A stretch of 64,000 bases of DNA from an uncultured Desulfobacteraceae bacterium (lineage in GTDB: Bacteria; Desulfobacterota; Desulfobacteria; Desulfobacterales; UBA2174). Positions within the stretch are counted from its first letter, which is position 1. Every line of letters begins with the position of its first letter. This document shows positions 1-7,756 of this stretch, one piece after another. A program made the translations under genes and the position numbers. Below the pieces are notes generated by a model. That model saw only the letters and a program-made list of their open reading frames with translations. It had not been told where the DNA came from and searched no databases. The stretch is from assembly GCA_937982505.1 (NCBI GenBank), contig CALJLV010000084.1, positions 4,826 through 68,825 of the forward strand, written 5' to 3'.

Positions 1-1382
1 CGCATGTCCGCCAGCGCGTTCTGGGCTCTGGCCTTTTCCGCCTCTCGCGTGTAGCGGTTGTGGTTGGCCAAGGCGTTGGATTCTTCCAGCAGCAGCTCCC
101 GGGTATCCAGGGACAGCAGCGGGTCGCCGCGGGACACCAGGTCCCCCACCTTGATGTGAACCTCGCGGATGTAACCGTCAAAGGGGGACGGCAGGTAGGC
201 CAGATCATCGGTGCGGATGATGAACCTGCCTTCTACCCGGTAGTTGAGGCTTCCAAATAGGACAAAGGCCAGGGCCAGGGCCAGCACCACGCCGAGGGTT
301 TTGGCGAAGGTGTGCTCGACGCCCAGAAAACGGCTCAATCCTTCGCGCAGACTCCCCACGGCTCTGGCGCCGAACCAGCGATCGTGACGTTTCAGATCGG
401 AAAGACGCCGGGCCGCCTGATCGCAAACCACGCGCAGGCCGCGGACATCGATTTCTGAAAAAGGTTCGCTGCGCTCGCAGCTGAGCACGGCCACCGGGGC
501 CTCGTCCACCCGCAGGGGCAGGGAAACCATGCTCTCGGTGCCCTGGGACCGGCAGTAGGCCTCGTGGTCCCGCACCACCGTGGCGGCTTCGGCGGGACGC
601 GGATAAACGATTTCCTCGTCCTGATCGAAGGCCTCCTCCATGGCGGCCTCCAGCGCCTGGACCGAGTCCATCTTCTTTTCGAACTGCTCCAAATGGCTGA
701 TGGCCCCCACCCGGACATAGGCCCCGTCCAGCCACCCCAGAGCCACCCGTTGACAGCGGTAACGCGACGCCACTTCGTTGCACAGGGCCATGGCCGCGCC
801 CATGAACTTGTTTTCGGCGTTGAGCACCACCATCAGGTCCAGGGCTTCGGCGAACTGAACCACGTCATGGCGTGCCTGCAGGGCCATGCGATGGGTCTGG
901 TAGACGCTGGGGATATCCGCCACCAGCCGCAGACGCACCAGAAGATCCGCAGCGGCCTCCTCTCCTACCCCCTCGGCGAAGAATACCGCCACACTGCGGC
1001 GCTCCTCGTCCTGGAGGGCGAGCAAGACCCCCAGGGCCAGACCGGCCGGCATCCGGCTGCCGGGTTCGTCCGACAGCGCCCAGGCCTGTCCCCGGGCATC
1101 AGACTGGGTCGCGACCTGTTCGACCAGCGGCCCCAGGCCGAGCCGGCGCACTTCTCCGGCCTCACCGGAGGGCCAAAGGGAAACGGTACGCCAGGTTTCT
1201 TCGCCGCCGGCGCGGATCAGCAGAAAACCGAAACGCGCCTCGACCAGCGTGGCGGCGGCTTCCAGAAAAGCCGGCCAGAATTGCTGGGGCTGGCCGTCGA
1301 AATGGCGCACCTGTTCCAGAGTTTCGAGGACCCGGGCCATGCGCTCTTCAGCGCTTTCGTACTCTCTTTGGGTATATGGCAT
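1..1382 (-). CDS. HlyD-family membrane-fusion (adaptor) protein with a long N-terminal cytoplasmic GAF-like sensor region; 3' end lies beyond the window edge
   Basis: Not in the ORF track because it has no in-window stop. Manual minus-strand translation from ATG at 1382 (MPYTQREYESAEERMARVLETLEQVRHF...) stays open for 460 codons to position 3. About 360 aa of soluble N-terminal sequence shows a GAF-like pattern (NEVASRYRCQRVALGWLDGAYVRVGAISH ... SLPLRVDEAPVAVLSCERSEPF). One TM helix follows (TLGVVLALALAFVLFGSL), then a HlyD lipoyl-type motif (DGYIREVHIKVGDLVSRGDPLLSLD). Domain names are by eye, not from a profile search. Confidence 0.7.
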   Translation of the reverse strand, partial: MPYTQREYESAEERMARVLETLEQVRHFDGQPQQFWPAFLEAAATLVEARFGFLLIRAGGEETWRTVSLWPSGEAGEVRRLGLGPLVEQVATQSDARGQAWALSDEPGSRMPAGLALGVLLALQDEERRSVAVFFAEGVGEEAAADLLVRLRLVADIPSVYQTHRMALQARHDVVQFAEALDLMVVLNAENKFMGAAMALCNEVASRYRCQRVALGWLDGAYVRVGAISHLEQFEKKMDSVQALEAAMEEAFDQDEEIVYPRPAEAATVVRDHEAYCRSQGTESMVSLPLRVDEAPVAVLSCERSEPFSEIDVRGLRVVCDQAARRLSDLKRHDRWFGARAVGSLREGLSRFLGVEHTFAKTLGVVLALALAFVLFGSLNYRVEGRFIIRTDDLAYLPSPFDGYIREVHIKVGDLVSRGDPLLSLDTRELLLEESNALANHNRYTREAEKARAQNALADM

Positions 1383-1515
1383 AAGCGTTCAGCGCCAGCA
1401 GGCGGCAGGGTCACCGGGTTGTCATCCGCCGGTGTCCTTGGGTGGCGTCAACCCCGGCGAGGGTGCGCGAGAAAGGAGCCGCAGGTGGAGGAGGCAACAG
1501 GCCCTCCCCGGGGGC

Positions 1516-2391
1516 TCACGGCAAATCGAAGATCATGGTCGCCGCCATTCCCGGCCTCACCTGCCCGTCAGGGTTGTCGAACTCGACTTTGACTTCCATC
1601 AGCCCGCTGGCCGAGTCCACCACCGGCGAGACAAAGGAGACCTTGCCCTTCTTTTCGATGGGAGTCTCGCCGGAAACGATGGAAAGGTTGACCTCGCGGC
1701 CCTTTTCCAGCGTACGGCCAAGACTTTCTTCCATGTTGCAGACAAAACGTCCCCGGCTGGTATCCACCACCCGGGCCAATGGCTGGTGTTCCTCGCAGCT
1801 TTCCCCCACATCGTAGAACAGCCGGGTCACCAAGCCGTTGACGGGGGAGCGCAAAATCCGCTTTTCCAGCGCATCGAGGGCCATCTCGTATTCAAGTTTC
1901 TCGCGCACCTCCACCATCTTCAACCGATCCTTTTCGGCGGCCGCGAGTTTGTATTCCAGCTCGCTCTTCTTAAGATCCTCGGTGCTGACGGACTTGGTTC
2001 TGTGATAAAGGTCGAGGGTCGATTGAAAAATCTCCTCCAGAATCCGCGCCCGGGCCGCAGCCCCCTGCTCTTCGGCTTTGCTTTCCCAGACCAGTTTGCG
2101 GCGCGCCACCTCCAGCTCTTCGGCCCGCTTGTCCAGGTGCAGGATCTGCTGCCCCTGGCGCACCCGTTCCCCCTCCTTGACGGAAATCACCGAAACGATC
2201 CCTGGAACCGACAGGCTCATGGTCACATCGCTGATCGGCTCGGTGATCCCGGCCACCGGGAAAGAGGATTCCGCCTCGGCCCCGGGGCCGTGCCAAAAGA
2301 CCGCGGCGCAGACTGCCGCCAGCAGCATCAAGGACCGCAGGAGGAGGCGCTGGCGCCTCCGAAGAATGCCCGTCTTGTCGTTTCCCTTCAT
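1516..2391 (-). CDS. HlyD-family membrane-fusion protein / efflux adaptor subunit
   Basis: 291-aa ORF with an N-terminal anchor (LLLRSLMLLAAVCAAVFW). Two lipoyl-type half motifs (GIVSVISVKEGERVRQGQQILHLD ... SPVNGLVTRLFYDVGE) are separated by a long coiled-coil, followed by a beta-barrel tail (GKVSFVSPVVDSASGLMEVKVEF). ATGA start/stop overlap with the upstream TolC gene at 2388-2391. Confidence 0.85.
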   Translation of the reverse strand: MKGNDKTGILRRRQRLLLRSLMLLAAVCAAVFWHGPGAEAESSFPVAGITEPISDVTMSLSVPGIVSVISVKEGERVRQGQQILHLDKRAEELEVARRKLVWESKAEEQGAAARARILEEIFQSTLDLYHRTKSVSTEDLKKSELEYKLAAAEKDRLKMVEVREKLEYEMALDALEKRILRSPVNGLVTRLFYDVGESCEEHQPLARVVDTSRGRFVCNMEESLGRTLEKGREVNLSIVSGETPIEKKGKVSFVSPVVDSASGLMEVKVEFDNPDGQVRPGMAATMIFDLP

Positions 2392-3935
2392 GACGCCTCC
2401 GCGATATCGATCCCGTACTTGTTGAGCAACGAGCCCTTGACCGCCTCCAGGGCGACGGCGGCTTTTTCAAGATTCACCAGGCTTTCAAAATAGGCTTCCC
2501 GGGCTCGGTTCAGTTCCTCGTCGCGATCCAGAACCAGGCGGCTGTTGCTGAGGCCTGCCGCCATGCGTTCCAATTCCACAGCCAGCAACTGTTCATTCAG
2601 CCGAACGACCTGGGCATACTTGACAGCCTGGTCGACGGCGCTGCGCACGTTGCGGATCGAGGTGTCCGCCGCATTGGCCAGGGCGGTCTCGGTGGCCTTG
2701 AGCTCCAGCAGGGTCTGTTCCTTGCGGCGCTTTGCCGCCGCCACTTCGCTTTTGGCCTTGCCCCCGCCCATGATGGGCAGTCTCAGTTCCAGGCCCACCG
2801 TATAGCTGGGATAATCCGCGCCTTCGCCCCGGCGCCAGGATCCGCCGGGAGAATCGTTGTCCAATCCGTTGATCCCGTAGCTGGCCTTGAGATCGAGCTG
2901 GGGCCAGCGCTGATTTTCGGCATAGGCCAGGCGGATCCCTTCGCGTTCGACCTTGTGAAGGATCGACAGGTATTCGGGCCGGGTTCGGCGGGATTGTTCG
3001 TAAGTGCTCAAAAAATCCGTCTCTATCTCCCGCAAGACCAGCGGATCGGTGGCCACCACGGTGCCGTCCATCTCCATGGCCGGCATGGAGAACAGGGTCT
3101 TGACCGCATTGGCGGCGGCCATCAGTTCCTGGCGCGCGGCAATCTCCAGGGACCTGCGGAGGGCCAGTCCCGCCTCGGCTTCAATCACCTCGGTTTCGGC
3201 CATCTTGCCGGTGCGCACGCGTTCTTGGTTGTCATGCAGAATCGCTTCGGCAATGCGCACGGATTCCTCGCGTATCCCCACTTTTTCCTGGGCCAGACGG
3301 AGGTTCCAGTAGGCGGAGGCGGCCTCGGACACCACCTGGAGCATCTCCCGGCGATATCCCTGGAGGGCCATGGCGGAATCGGCCTCGGCCACGCGGATGT
3401 TGGCCCGGGTCACGTCACTGCCGGCATTCTTGAGCAGCGGCTGGACCAGGCTGCCGCCGAAGAAGGTCTGGAACTGGGAGTCGGTGTTGGCGGCATCCAG
3501 CAGGCTGCTCTGCAGTTCTCTGAGGGTATACCCGAGACGCACCTGAGCGCCGGTGGGCAGAAGGCCTTCGACGGCGGAGGCATACTCGTTGTTGCGCTTG
3601 GTGTAGGTGTCGTTGCTGCTGTCCAGGAAACCGAGGCTGGAATAATCTTCCACCGTTTTGGGGATGTGGCTGTAATCATGCAGATAGGAGGCGACCAGCT
3701 GCGGCTCGAAAATGGCCTTGGCGTTGGCCACGGCGTCCTGGCTGATGTCCCATTCCAGTTTTTGAAAGTGAATCCGCTCATTTCTTTCGTGAACCCGGGC
3801 GATGAAGGCGTCCAGGCTCAGGTGCAGGTTCGCCTCAGGAGGCGGAGCCGGTTCGATGGTTGCCGAGTCCGCGGCGGTTGCCAAGGTTGCAGGGGAGGCG
3901 ATGAGCAGCATCGCGGCAAAGACCCAGTGGCGCAT
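2388..3935 (-). CDS. TolC-family outer membrane efflux protein
   Basis: ORF 2388..4046 with the start moved to ATG 3935, which gives a signal peptide (MRHWVFAAMLLIASPATLATAAD). Duplicated OEP/TolC-type helical repeats are present (AEADSAMALQGYRREMLQVVSEAASAYWNLRLAQEK; LNEQLLAVELERMAAGLSNSRLVLDRDEELNRAREAYFESLVNLEKAAVALE). It is the first gene of an operon with two HlyD genes. Confidence 0.85.
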   Translation of the reverse strand: MRHWVFAAMLLIASPATLATAADSATIEPAPPPEANLHLSLDAFIARVHERNERIHFQKLEWDISQDAVANAKAIFEPQLVASYLHDYSHIPKTVEDYSSLGFLDSSNDTYTKRNNEYASAVEGLLPTGAQVRLGYTLRELQSSLLDAANTDSQFQTFFGGSLVQPLLKNAGSDVTRANIRVAEADSAMALQGYRREMLQVVSEAASAYWNLRLAQEKVGIREESVRIAEAILHDNQERVRTGKMAETEVIEAEAGLALRRSLEIAARQELMAAANAVKTLFSMPAMEMDGTVVATDPLVLREIETDFLSTYEQSRRTRPEYLSILHKVEREGIRLAYAENQRWPQLDLKASYGINGLDNDSPGGSWRRGEGADYPSYTVGLELRLPIMGGGKAKSEVAAAKRRKEQTLLELKATETALANAADTSIRNVRSAVDQAVKYAQVVRLNEQLLAVELERMAAGLSNSRLVLDRDEELNRAREAYFESLVNLEKAAVALEAVKGSLLNKYGIDIAEAS

Positions 3936-4132
3936 CCAATGTCGGTCTTTCAATCCATCTTCTCCTTTGATGGCTTGGACAAACGTCCCGATTTGACAAG
4001 ATGCCGAGGTGCAAGGAGCCGCAATGGTTGGGGGTAGAAAAACCACTCCAAAAGGGCGCCCGCTTAATTAGCATAGTTGGCGGTCCGGGTAAAGAATTTC
4101 GCTCCCGACCCCGATGATGTCCGCCCGGGCGC

Positions 4133-4160
4133 TTGACAGGCGCCTGCCCCTGCTTAGAGT
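4133..4160 (+). promoter_or_regulatory. candidate sigma70-type promoter for the 4294 ORF
   Basis: TTGACA (4133-4138), 16-nt spacer, TAGAGT (4155-4160). This implies a leader of about 125 nt. Match by eye only. Confidence 0.3.
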
Positions 4161-4293
4161 GGGACTCAGGGTGGTGGGGCTTCAACGCCGTTGGGCGACC
4201 GTCCCTCAATCACCTTGGCCATCTGCATCCTGTCGTAAACTGAAATAGATCCATAATCCGTGACGGCTTTTGCCGACTGAATAGGGGGATCCC

Positions 4294-4653
4294 ATGAAAC
4301 GCAACTTCCCTGTTGTTTTGATCGTCTTGATGATGGGCCTGATGCTGGCCGGTACGGCAGTGGCGGGCGATGTGGACCCGCGCGACCTGGCCTTCCTGAC
4401 CACGGACGCCCCTCCGGGGGCCGTGACGGGCGGAAATCCCGCCCCCTGGGCCTCGGCAGGGGTCGTTTCCCGCAGCGACGTCGATTTTCTGACCGTTGAC
4501 GCCTCTTTCTTGACGGCATCCACGGCATCCCGGCCATCGCCGGGGGCGCCGGGGGTGATGGACCCTGCCGACTACCGCCTCATCGCCGGTGACGGCAGCC
4601 GTGCGGAGACTTGTCAGATCGCGCTGGCGGCGGCCATCCATCCCGGCTGTTAG
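4294..4653 (+). CDS. hypothetical small secreted protein (Sec signal peptide, FLT-type internal repeats, C-terminal Cys pair)
   Basis: 119-aa ORF with SD-like GGGGGA 5 nt upstream of the ATG. Signal peptide MKRNFPVVLIVLMMGLMLAGTAVA|GD. Recurring AFLTTDA / DFLTVDA / SFLTAST motifs. C-terminus ETCQIALAAAIHPGC. No family recognised. Confidence 0.5.
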   Translation: MKRNFPVVLIVLMMGLMLAGTAVAGDVDPRDLAFLTTDAPPGAVTGGNPAPWASAGVVSRSDVDFLTVDASFLTASTASRPSPGAPGVMDPADYRLIAGDGSRAETCQIALAAAIHPGC

Positions 4654-4666
4654 GCAAAAACGGACG

Positions 4667-4702
4667 GCCGTTCGCCGCCCGTGAAAAAAAGCGGCGAACG
4701 GC
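4667..4702 (+). terminator. stem-loop downstream of the 4294..4653 ORF (weak terminator candidate)
   Basis: Perfect 12-bp inverted repeat GCCGTTCGCCGC / GCGGCGAACGGC with a 12-nt A-rich loop, 14 nt after the TAG stop. There is no U-tract, so intrinsic termination is uncertain. Confidence 0.3.
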
Positions 4703-4799
4703 TGCGGATGGGGCGGCTCCAGGTGAGCGGCAAAGACTTTTCATGCTCCTTTTTTGGGCCGCCCCCGGGATCGGGGGCGGACAGACGCCTGACACCATG

Positions 4800-5186
4800 T
4801 TATTCCTGCAAGAAAATCGTTTCCTGCACCATGGCCTCGAAGCGGGTATCCGAGAGCGGCACCCACGGGCTGCGCGGATAAAAGTGAAAGGCCGCCCGCA
4901 CGCCGGGAGTGAAGAGTTTGCCGGCCCGGATGGTGGGGGCGATGAGCCGGTAGCGATGCGCGGGCGCGAAATCCAGCACCAGATCCACCTGGTCGTCTTG
5001 GTCCATTAGATCCATGAGCAGGGCATTGACCAGCTGCCCGAATCCTTTCAGCTGGCGTCGGCCGTCGCTGTCCACATAGACCTCCACCACCGTCTTGACC
5101 GCCCGCACCCCATGACCGGATGGTGTTCGTAAAAACGCATCCTCCACCGCATATTCGCCTTCCTCGTAAGGAATCCACTGATCCAT
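4800..5186 (-). CDS. hypothetical protein, 128 aa, no recognised family
   Basis: ORF 4800..5396 trimmed to ATG 5186 (MDQWIPYEEGEYAVEDAFLRTPSGHG...), which has a GGAGG SD 8 nt upstream. The composition looks like a normal globular protein, unlike the Arg/Cys-rich upstream extension. Confidence 0.5.
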   Translation of the reverse strand: MDQWIPYEEGEYAVEDAFLRTPSGHGVRAVKTVVEVYVDSDGRRQLKGFGQLVNALLMDLMDQDDQVDLVLDFAPAHRYRLIAPTIRAGKLFTPGVRAAFHFYPRSPWVPLSDTRFEAMVQETIFLQE

Positions 5187-5234
5187 GGTCCGCGCCTCCG
5201 GAAAAATCGCCCCACCGTTTCCCCGCCCCTTCGT

Positions 5235-5263
5235 TTGCCAAGGGGGGTCGGGATGGCTATAGT
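5235..5263 (+). promoter_or_regulatory. candidate sigma70-type promoter for the 5347 ORF
   Basis: TTGCCA (5235-5240), 17-nt spacer, TATAGT (5258-5263). Match by eye only. Confidence 0.35.
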
Positions 5264-5346
5264 GCGCCCGTGCACGCCGGCAGTATACAACGGCCCGGCG
5301 GCGTGAACAAGGCCGAGCCGACCACCTCGACGCAAAGGATAAAGGG

Positions 5347-5544
5347 ATGCAGAGAGATGAACCGATGGATGAAACCCGGATGTTCAACCTGATCAAGGCA
5401 GTGGCCGAACAACGGGGCTGCCGCCTGGTGGATGTGGATTTCGAAAATCACACCATCAATATCGAGGGACCGGAAGAAGCTCAGCTGGAATGCGCCACGG
5501 CGTTGGAGCGGCTGATGAATCCCGACGGAGACCGGCTCCAGTGA
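5347..5544 (+). CDS. hypothetical small acidic protein, 65 aa
   Basis: ORF MQRDEPMDETRMFNLIKAVAEQRGCRLVDVDFENHTINIEGPEEAQLECATALERLMNPDGDRLQ. AAGGA lies 7 nt upstream. Balanced composition. It ends just before the EI24-like gene. No family recognised. Confidence 0.45.
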   Translation: MQRDEPMDETRMFNLIKAVAEQRGCRLVDVDFENHTINIEGPEEAQLECATALERLMNPDGDRLQ

Positions 5545-5572
5545 TGCGCGGGTGCCAGGAACATCCGACACC

Positions 5573-6313
5573 ATGATGGGGATCGTCAAAGGCTTGCGAT
5601 ACAATTGGCAGGGGTTGCGCCTGGCCCTGGGCGACAGGCGTCTTCTGGCCCTGGGACTGGTGCGCCTGGCGGCCGTGCTGGCCACCACCCTCATCGGCGC
5701 CGGCCTGGCGCTGGCCTACCATGAACCACTGCTGGCTGCGGCCTGGCCGCGGCCGGAGAGCCTGTGGGTCCTTTGGCTCTGGTACCTGGCGTCCTGGATT
5801 CTGGCCCTCATGCTGGTCGCCGCCGCCGCTCTGGGAGGGTATCTCGCGGCCCAGATCCTCTTTGCGGTCTGGATCATGGACCTGATGAGCCGCCGAACCG
5901 AGCGGATCGCCACCGGCAGGGAGGTGCCGCCGCCCAGGATGAGCCACCTGCGCTGGTTCCTTCACCTGGTGGCCCAGGAAGTCCCCCGGGCCGTGGTGCC
6001 TCTGCTGCTCAGCCTGTTCCTGTTTCTGCTGGGCTGGCTTACTCCCCTGGGACCGGTGCTTGCCGTTCTGTCGGCGGCGGTGGCGGCGATTTTCATGGCC
6101 TGGGACTGTACCGACCTGGTTTCGGCCCGGCGGATGGAACCCTTCGCCACCCGCCTGGCCGCGCTCAGAAAGAGACTGGGCCTGCATCTCGGCTTCGGAC
6201 TCTGGTTTCTCGTTCCAGGGCTGAATCTGATTTTTCTGGCCTTCGCTCCGGTGGGCGGCACCCTTCTGGCCCTGGAGGCCGGGGATGCCAAGAGGCGGGA
6301 CGGCACCGACTAA
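5573..6313 (+). CDS. EI24/CysZ-like integral membrane protein
   Basis: ORF 5552..6313 (GTG in the track); I prefer ATG 5573 (MMGIVKGLRYNWQGLRLAL...). Four or more hydrophobic helices and the general EI24-domain layout (short N-terminal amphipathic segment; LVAQEVPRAVVPLLLSLFLFLLGWL). Family call by resemblance only. Confidence 0.65.
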   Translation: MMGIVKGLRYNWQGLRLALGDRRLLALGLVRLAAVLATTLIGAGLALAYHEPLLAAAWPRPESLWVLWLWYLASWILALMLVAAAALGGYLAAQILFAVWIMDLMSRRTERIATGREVPPPRMSHLRWFLHLVAQEVPRAVVPLLLSLFLFLLGWLTPLGPVLAVLSAAVAAIFMAWDCTDLVSARRMEPFATRLAALRKRLGLHLGFGLWFLVPGLNLIFLAFAPVGGTLLALEAGDAKRRDGTD

Positions 6314-6396
6314 GGCCAGGTCCTTGCCCCTTGGCGAGAATGCCGCGGCCACCTGTCAATCTCTCAAGCGATAAGGCGGATGCAGGATCGCCGCCG

Positions 6397-6924
6397 ATGG
6401 AGTCCGAATTGATCCTCACTTTCCAGGGCAAGGTACCGCTGATCGGCCGAAACGTCTTCATCGCCCCCACCGCGGTGGTCATCGGTGACGTGGAAATCGG
6501 CGATGAGGCCAGCATTTGGTATGGCACGATCCTGCGAGGAGACATGGCCCCCATCCGCATCGGAGGCCAGACCAACATTCAGGACAACTCTGTGGTGCAT
6601 ACCGATTACGGCCACCCGGCACTCATCGGCGAGCGCGTCAGCGTAGGCCACCGGGCCGTGGTGCACGGCTGCACGGTGGAAGACGAGACGCTCATCGGAA
6701 TCGGCGCCATCGTGCTCAACGGCGCCCGCATCGGCCGGGGGGCGGTGGTGGCGGCCGGATCGCTGGTGCGCGAGGGGCAGCAGATCCCCCCGGAGGTCCT
6801 GGCGGCTGGAGTTCCAGTCCAGGTCAAGCGGAAGATCTCCCCCGAGGAGGCCGAACGCTTTCGGCTGCCTTACCAGAACTACATCGGCCTGGGTCGCGGG
6901 CACCGGATTCTGACCCCCGATTGA
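6397..6924 (+). CDS. gamma-class carbonic anhydrase family protein (hexapeptide-repeat, YrdA/PaaY-like)
   Basis: ORF 5764..6924 trimmed to ATG 6397 (MESELILTFQGKVPLIGRNVFIAPTAVVIGDVEIGDEASIWYGTILRGDMAPIRIGGQTNIQDNSVVH...). Left-handed beta-helix hexapeptide repeats run throughout. The upstream part of the ORF overlaps the EI24 gene in another frame and is Arg/Gly/Pro-rich. Confidence 0.9.
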   Translation: MESELILTFQGKVPLIGRNVFIAPTAVVIGDVEIGDEASIWYGTILRGDMAPIRIGGQTNIQDNSVVHTDYGHPALIGERVSVGHRAVVHGCTVEDETLIGIGAIVLNGARIGRGAVVAAGSLVREGQQIPPEVLAAGVPVQVKRKISPEEAERFRLPYQNYIGLGRGHRILTPD

Positions 6925-7756
6925 GGCCGTCCGCCCGGCATGGGGATTCCGCGCTGCCCTTGCACCCTTCGAGAGGCGGGAAAAACCGGCCGCCGCCGGC
7001 GTTCCAGGAGGGTTTGGGATCCGCGAGGGTCTCGCCCAGTAGATGACGGAGCACCTCGGCGGCCGCCGTCAGCCCGAAAATGGCCGGCAGGTAGGAGATG
7101 CTCCCCAGGGGCTGGCGTTGGCGGCCGCGGACGGCGGGTTCCATTGCCGTATCGGATCCCGTGCATGGCTCCCGGGGCGCCTCGATGGAAAAGACGCACC
7201 GGATCCCCTCAAAAATCCCCCGCCGATGCAGCCGGCGGCGGACGATGCGCGCCAGGGGGCAGACGGTGGTGCCGGAGATGTCGGCCACGCGAATCGCGGA
7301 CGGGTCCAGACGACAGGCCGCGCCCATGCTCGAAACACTGAAAAGCCCCCGGCCCTGCACCGCAGCCAGCAGCTCCACCTTGGAGTTGACCCCGTCGATG
7401 GCGTCGATGACCGCATCAGGGGCCGGATCGAGCAGCGCATGGACCGTGGCCGCATCCACAAAGGCGTTGCGCAGCTCCACCTGACAATCCGGGTGGATCT
7501 GCCCTATCCGCTGCCTGGCCACATCGGTCTTGGACATCCCCAGGGTCGAGGCCAGAGCCAGGATCTGCCGATTGAGGTTGGTGGCCTGAAGGGTGTCAAA
7601 ATCCACCAGGCGCAGACACCCGACCCCGGCCCGGGCCAGGGCTTCGACGGCGAATCCGCCCACGGCGCCCAGACCGCAAACGGTCACCCGGGCCGTCTTG
7701 AGGCGGCGCATCTGTTCCGATCCCACCAACTGCTCCAGCCGGGCAAACCGATTCAC
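6824..7756 (-). CDS. tcdA: tRNA threonylcarbamoyladenosine dehydratase (ThiF-family, TcdA/CsdL-like) with an unusual C-terminal tail
   Basis: Rossmann motif VCGLGAVGGFAVEALARAGVG, then DFDTLQATNLNRQ, DAIDGVNSKVELL and DPSAIRVADISGTTVCPLARIVRRRL. Start set at GTG 7756, which forms a GTGA overlap with the tatD stop. The last ~65 codons (after LRHLLGE) are low-complexity and overlap the convergent gamma-CA gene by 101 nt. Confidence 0.8.
   Translation of the reverse strand: MNRFARLEQLVGSEQMRRLKTARVTVCGLGAVGGFAVEALARAGVGCLRLVDFDTLQATNLNRQILALASTLGMSKTDVARQRIGQIHPDCQVELRNAFVDAATVHALLDPAPDAVIDAIDGVNSKVELLAAVQGRGLFSVSSMGAACRLDPSAIRVADISGTTVCPLARIVRRRLHRRGIFEGIRCVFSIEAPREPCTGSDTAMEPAVRGRQRQPLGSISYLPAIFGLTAAAEVLRHLLGETLADPKPSWNAGGGRFFPPLEGCKGSAESPCRADGLNRGSESGARDPGRCSSGKAAESVRPPRGRSSA

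Noticed and set aside
5764-6396. N-terminal 211-codon extension of the gamma-CA ORF
   Set aside because: It overlaps the EI24-like gene in another frame and is Arg/Gly/Pro-rich. The hexapeptide domain starts cleanly at ATG 6397.
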